From Bdellovibrionales bacterium (lineage in GTDB: Bacteria; Bdellovibrionota; Bdellovibrionia; Bdellovibrionales; JAGQZY01): 64,000 nucleotides of DNA. The notes below the pieces were generated by a model that was given only the letters and a program-made list of their open reading frames with translations, was not told the origin of the DNA and made no database searches. The stretch covers positions 672,001 through 736,000 of the forward strand of contig CAXRHT010000001.1 in assembly GCA_964230645.1 (NCBI GenBank). Reading direction: 5' to 3'. Below, piece by piece: positions 61,639 to 64,000 of the stretch. Numbering within the stretch: the stretch's first letter is position 1; the number at the start of each line of letters is the position of its first letter. The translations under genes were made by a program, and so were the position numbers.

Positions 61639-61760
61639 CCTCAGGACGACAATGGAGAATAGACCTCCGGACGCCAATGGAGGAGGGATCTAAGGACGAC
61701 AATGGAGAAAGGACCTCATGACGACAATGGAGGAAGGACCTCAGGACGACAATGGGGAGG
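61639..61760. repeat. 25-bp tandem repeat, nearly 5 copies
   Basis: Units close to CCTCAGGACGACAATGGAGRAAGGA start at 61639, 61664, 61689, 61714 and 61739. Confidence 0.85.
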
Positions 61761-61795
61761 CCTTAGTACGACCATCGATAATGGGGGCCGTTTGG

Positions 61796-62473
61796 CTATG
61801 ACTCTCCAGGCATTCGCTTGGCTTCATCAGCTTCGGAGAATTTAGCGATCTCTTTTCCAATGTCTTTTGAGCTGCGGATACAATCAGGATGGTCTCGCCG
61901 GAGAGCCTCCACTGGCATGGAATTATAGGGCGCCTCTTCGGGATCTTGCACAAGTGTGACCCCTCCCACCTCGAAAACTTTCTGTAAGGCCGGAATTCCA
62001 TCGTCGAGTCGTCCCGAGAGAATCGATACTAGAATTTGATCTCTGAAACTATCAACAGCTGTTTCAATACATCGGGTAAAACTGGGGGTGAAATAATAAG
62101 AGGGATCGTGATCAACACTTCTTACAAAGTTTCCATCGACTATTAAATCGGTTCCCTGAGAAGGAATATAGAGATGACCACTCTGCAAGGGCATAGATCG
62201 ATCGACCTGATGGATTGGCAAAGTTAATTTCAAGGAAAGTAAATCTCGCAAATAAGTAGGACCTGATTGATTGATGTGAGACATGTAGATGTAGGCGGCG
62301 GGGGAAACACTGGGGAGCTGATTTGCAAAATTAAGAAAACATTGCAGGGCTCCGGCTGAACCACAAATGACCACAATTTTTTCCGGTGCGTCTGAGCCTT
62401 TATCAAAGTCAGGTCTTAAGGTTTTCGACGGCTGTCCCACTTCTGCTAGTTCCACGGCTTTCTCGTCCTCCAT
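61796..62473 (-). CDS. Stand-alone CheB-type methylesterase domain protein
   Basis: CGSAG (Ser), MSHI (His), LSGRLDDG (Asp), GGVTLVQDP..A...SMP; no receiver domain. Confidence 0.85.
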   Translation of the reverse strand: MEDEKAVELAEVGQPSKTLRPDFDKGSDAPEKIVVICGSAGALQCFLNFANQLPSVSPAAYIYMSHINQSGPTYLRDLLSLKLTLPIHQVDRSMPLQSGHLYIPSQGTDLIVDGNFVRSVDHDPSYYFTPSFTRCIETAVDSFRDQILVSILSGRLDDGIPALQKVFEVGGVTLVQDPEEAPYNSMPVEALRRDHPDCIRSSKDIGKEIAKFSEADEAKRMPGES

Positions 62474-62554
62474 GATTTAAAATTAGCATGAAGTTCGAGG
62501 GCAAACTTGTTCAATTTGAGTTGAATTTGTTAACGAATTTAGACAGGGATAAAA

Positions 62555-63001
62555 TCAAACCTCATTCTGACCAAGTTGCCAGGTTTTTGCCCAGTTTTTC
62601 ACAAGCCTCTGTACCAGACGGTGGATCTCTATGGTATCGAAAGCCTTACTTTTTTCTAAGTTTAAAAGGTTAATCATTAGATCTGGAAACTGTATATTAC
62701 CCAAATTAGCGTCACTGAGATACCTCATCGTCCATTGAGAGCAGAGTTTTTGTTCAATCTCATAGGTGACCTCGTTGACAACTTCATGTCTTTTATCACG
62801 ACGAATGGAATCCATCAGAGACTCTAAACTGGTGTTAGAACCTTCAAGGTATTGCACGTAATATTTTTTATTGAGTGTTAAAAAACCGGAGACATTGAGC
62901 GACTGGTTGCGATGGCTTGCAAATTCAACCAACTCCTGCAATTCATCATCAGGCAACTCTCGCTTTTTCTTGCTGTAGTAGACTAGCCCCCTAGTCATCA
63001 A
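62555..63001 (-). CDS. BLUF-domain blue-light photoreceptor
   Basis: LVYYS (Tyr), HRN, SGFL, VQYLEG (Gln), DKRH and WTM (Trp/Met). Confidence 0.92.
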   Translation of the reverse strand: MMTRGLVYYSKKKRELPDDELQELVEFASHRNQSLNVSGFLTLNKKYYVQYLEGSNTSLESLMDSIRRDKRHEVVNEVTYEIEQKLCSQWTMRYLSDANLGNIQFPDLMINLLNLEKSKAFDTIEIHRLVQRLVKNWAKTWQLGQNEV

Positions 63002-64000
63002 GGACTCCCATATTCTGTATGAGTTTTCTTTGGGAGACAGGTTTGCGGATAATTCCTAAAACCCGATCTTCCCATTTTTCAATCTCGGGAGAGGAATCAA
63101 GGCCTGTGAATATAAAAGTTCGGTTGAGGTAAGACTGCAGGTCTTCTGTTTCGTTGATCTTCTTTAGAAAATCATTTCCGCTGTACTCTGGCATGAGCCA
63201 ATCCACAAAAACAAACTCCGGCTCAAATTCGCGGAACTCCTCCACGTCGAGATACCCATTTTCTTTTTCCAATATTTCGGAGGCGAAATTCTTAAGATAG
63301 ACTTTAATGATCATTCTGTTTTCAGGGCTATCATCAGCCACATAAATTCGGTATTTTCTGTGATCCTGGTTATCTGTGAGGGGCGCCTTCTTTTTGGCTG
63401 GCTTTTCCTCTTTAGGGGCCTCCCCTTTTTTAAGGGTGACACTAAAAACAGACCCCTCTGCTCCTGTTTGAACCAACTCAAGCCTTCCATCTTGTTCTTC
63501 CATTAGCTGTTTTGCTAGAGACAGACCAAGACCTGTGCCTTTTATTTGCGAAAGCTTTGAGTTTCTCTTAGCGTAAACACCTTTTGTTGAAAACAAGGGG
63601 GTAAATAGTTTTTTCTTATGCTTTTTATCAATCCCGCCGCCATTGTCAGAGACAAGAATTTTCACATGACCATTATCAATCGATTTTGTTGAAACCTTAA
63701 TGATCCCTTCCCGGTCGGTCGAATAGCAGGCGTGGGCTCCATTAAGAATCAAGTTCACCAAAACCTGATCCAGAGAGGTCGAATTACACAGAACTCTTTC
63801 GTCACCCGCTTCCATTTCTAAGCGACAATTGAGCTTTATCATTTCATCTTTAACAAGAAGTCTGACACGTTCGAATAACGATTTTAATCCGATCGAGCGA
63901 ATGGTTTTTTGAGAGTCGCGCAAGTGAGATAAAAGCCCTTGGGATAAAGTGGCACCTTTTTCAAGAAGAGAGGCCGCTGAGTTCAGAGCAGACTTTTGTT
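62991..64000 (-). CDS. Hybrid sensor histidine kinase/response regulator, 5' end beyond window
   Basis: Frame is open to the window edge; QVLVNLILNG, DNGGG, FSTK and GTGLGL; C-terminal receiver with ADDS, VDWLMP and KP. Confidence 0.9.
   Translation of the reverse strand, partial: QKSALNSAASLLEKGATLSQGLLSHLRDSQKTIRSIGLKSLFERVRLLVKDEMIKLNCRLEMEAGDERVLCNSTSLDQVLVNLILNGAHACYSTDREGIIKVSTKSIDNGHVKILVSDNGGGIDKKHKKKLFTPLFSTKGVYAKRNSKLSQIKGTGLGLSLAKQLMEEQDGRLELVQTGAEGSVFSVTLKKGEAPKEEKPAKKKAPLTDNQDHRKYRIYVADDSPENRMIIKVYLKNFASEILEKENGYLDVEEFREFEPEFVFVDWLMPEYSGNDFLKKINETEDLQSYLNRTFIFTGLDSSPEIEKWEDRVLGIIRKPVSQRKLIQNMGVLDD

Noticed and set aside
61639..61760. Possible CRISPR array
   Set aside because: The 25-bp units are contiguous with no unique spacers, and no cas genes are present.
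61316..62001. Small ORFs overlapping the MITE-like element and the tandem repeat
   Set aside because: No recognisable motifs or RBS; explained by repeat sequence or overlap with the CheB gene.
59090..64000. Genomic island integrated at tRNA-Leu
   Set aside because: No integrase in view and no convincing duplicate of the tRNA 3' end; only a 9-bp TCGGTACCA match near 60936, consistent with chance.

Overview
A 64-kb bacterial chromosomal window with no sign of phage or integrase. The gene content suggests Bdellovibrionota, a predatory lineage (inference: many lineage-type secreted hypotheticals, a TPR/HTH regulator, a Flp-like pilin, a DUF1554-like protein). Housekeeping blocks: glpK, hutI, yicC-gmk-rpoZ-relA/spoT, mutL-miaA, rimP-nusA-infB-rbfA-truB-rpsO-pnp-M16 peptidase, and tRNA-Leu(CAA). 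Accessory highlights: (1) a translationally coupled six-gene operon at 30771-38764 (outer-membrane barrel, short NfrB-like GT2 synthase, GH113-like and GH26 hydrolases, DUF2334-like deacetylase, large secreted protein) that looks like a synthase-dependent exopolysaccharide system; (2) an AT-rich cluster at 42941-45508 (PAS-like protein, GNAT/LuxI/FeeM-like acyltransferase, heme-oxygenase-like diiron enzyme, XRE regulator) that may make and sense an acylated small molecule; (3) a porin-like gene coupled to a 1.5-kaa lipoprotein; (4) a lytic-transglycosylase-like gene with an overlapping secreted partner; (5) a hybrid kinase-BLUF-CheB module; (6) three unrelated ~175-220-nt fold-back intergenic elements and a 25-bp tandem repeat. 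All product calls come from reading motifs by eye; no database searches were run.
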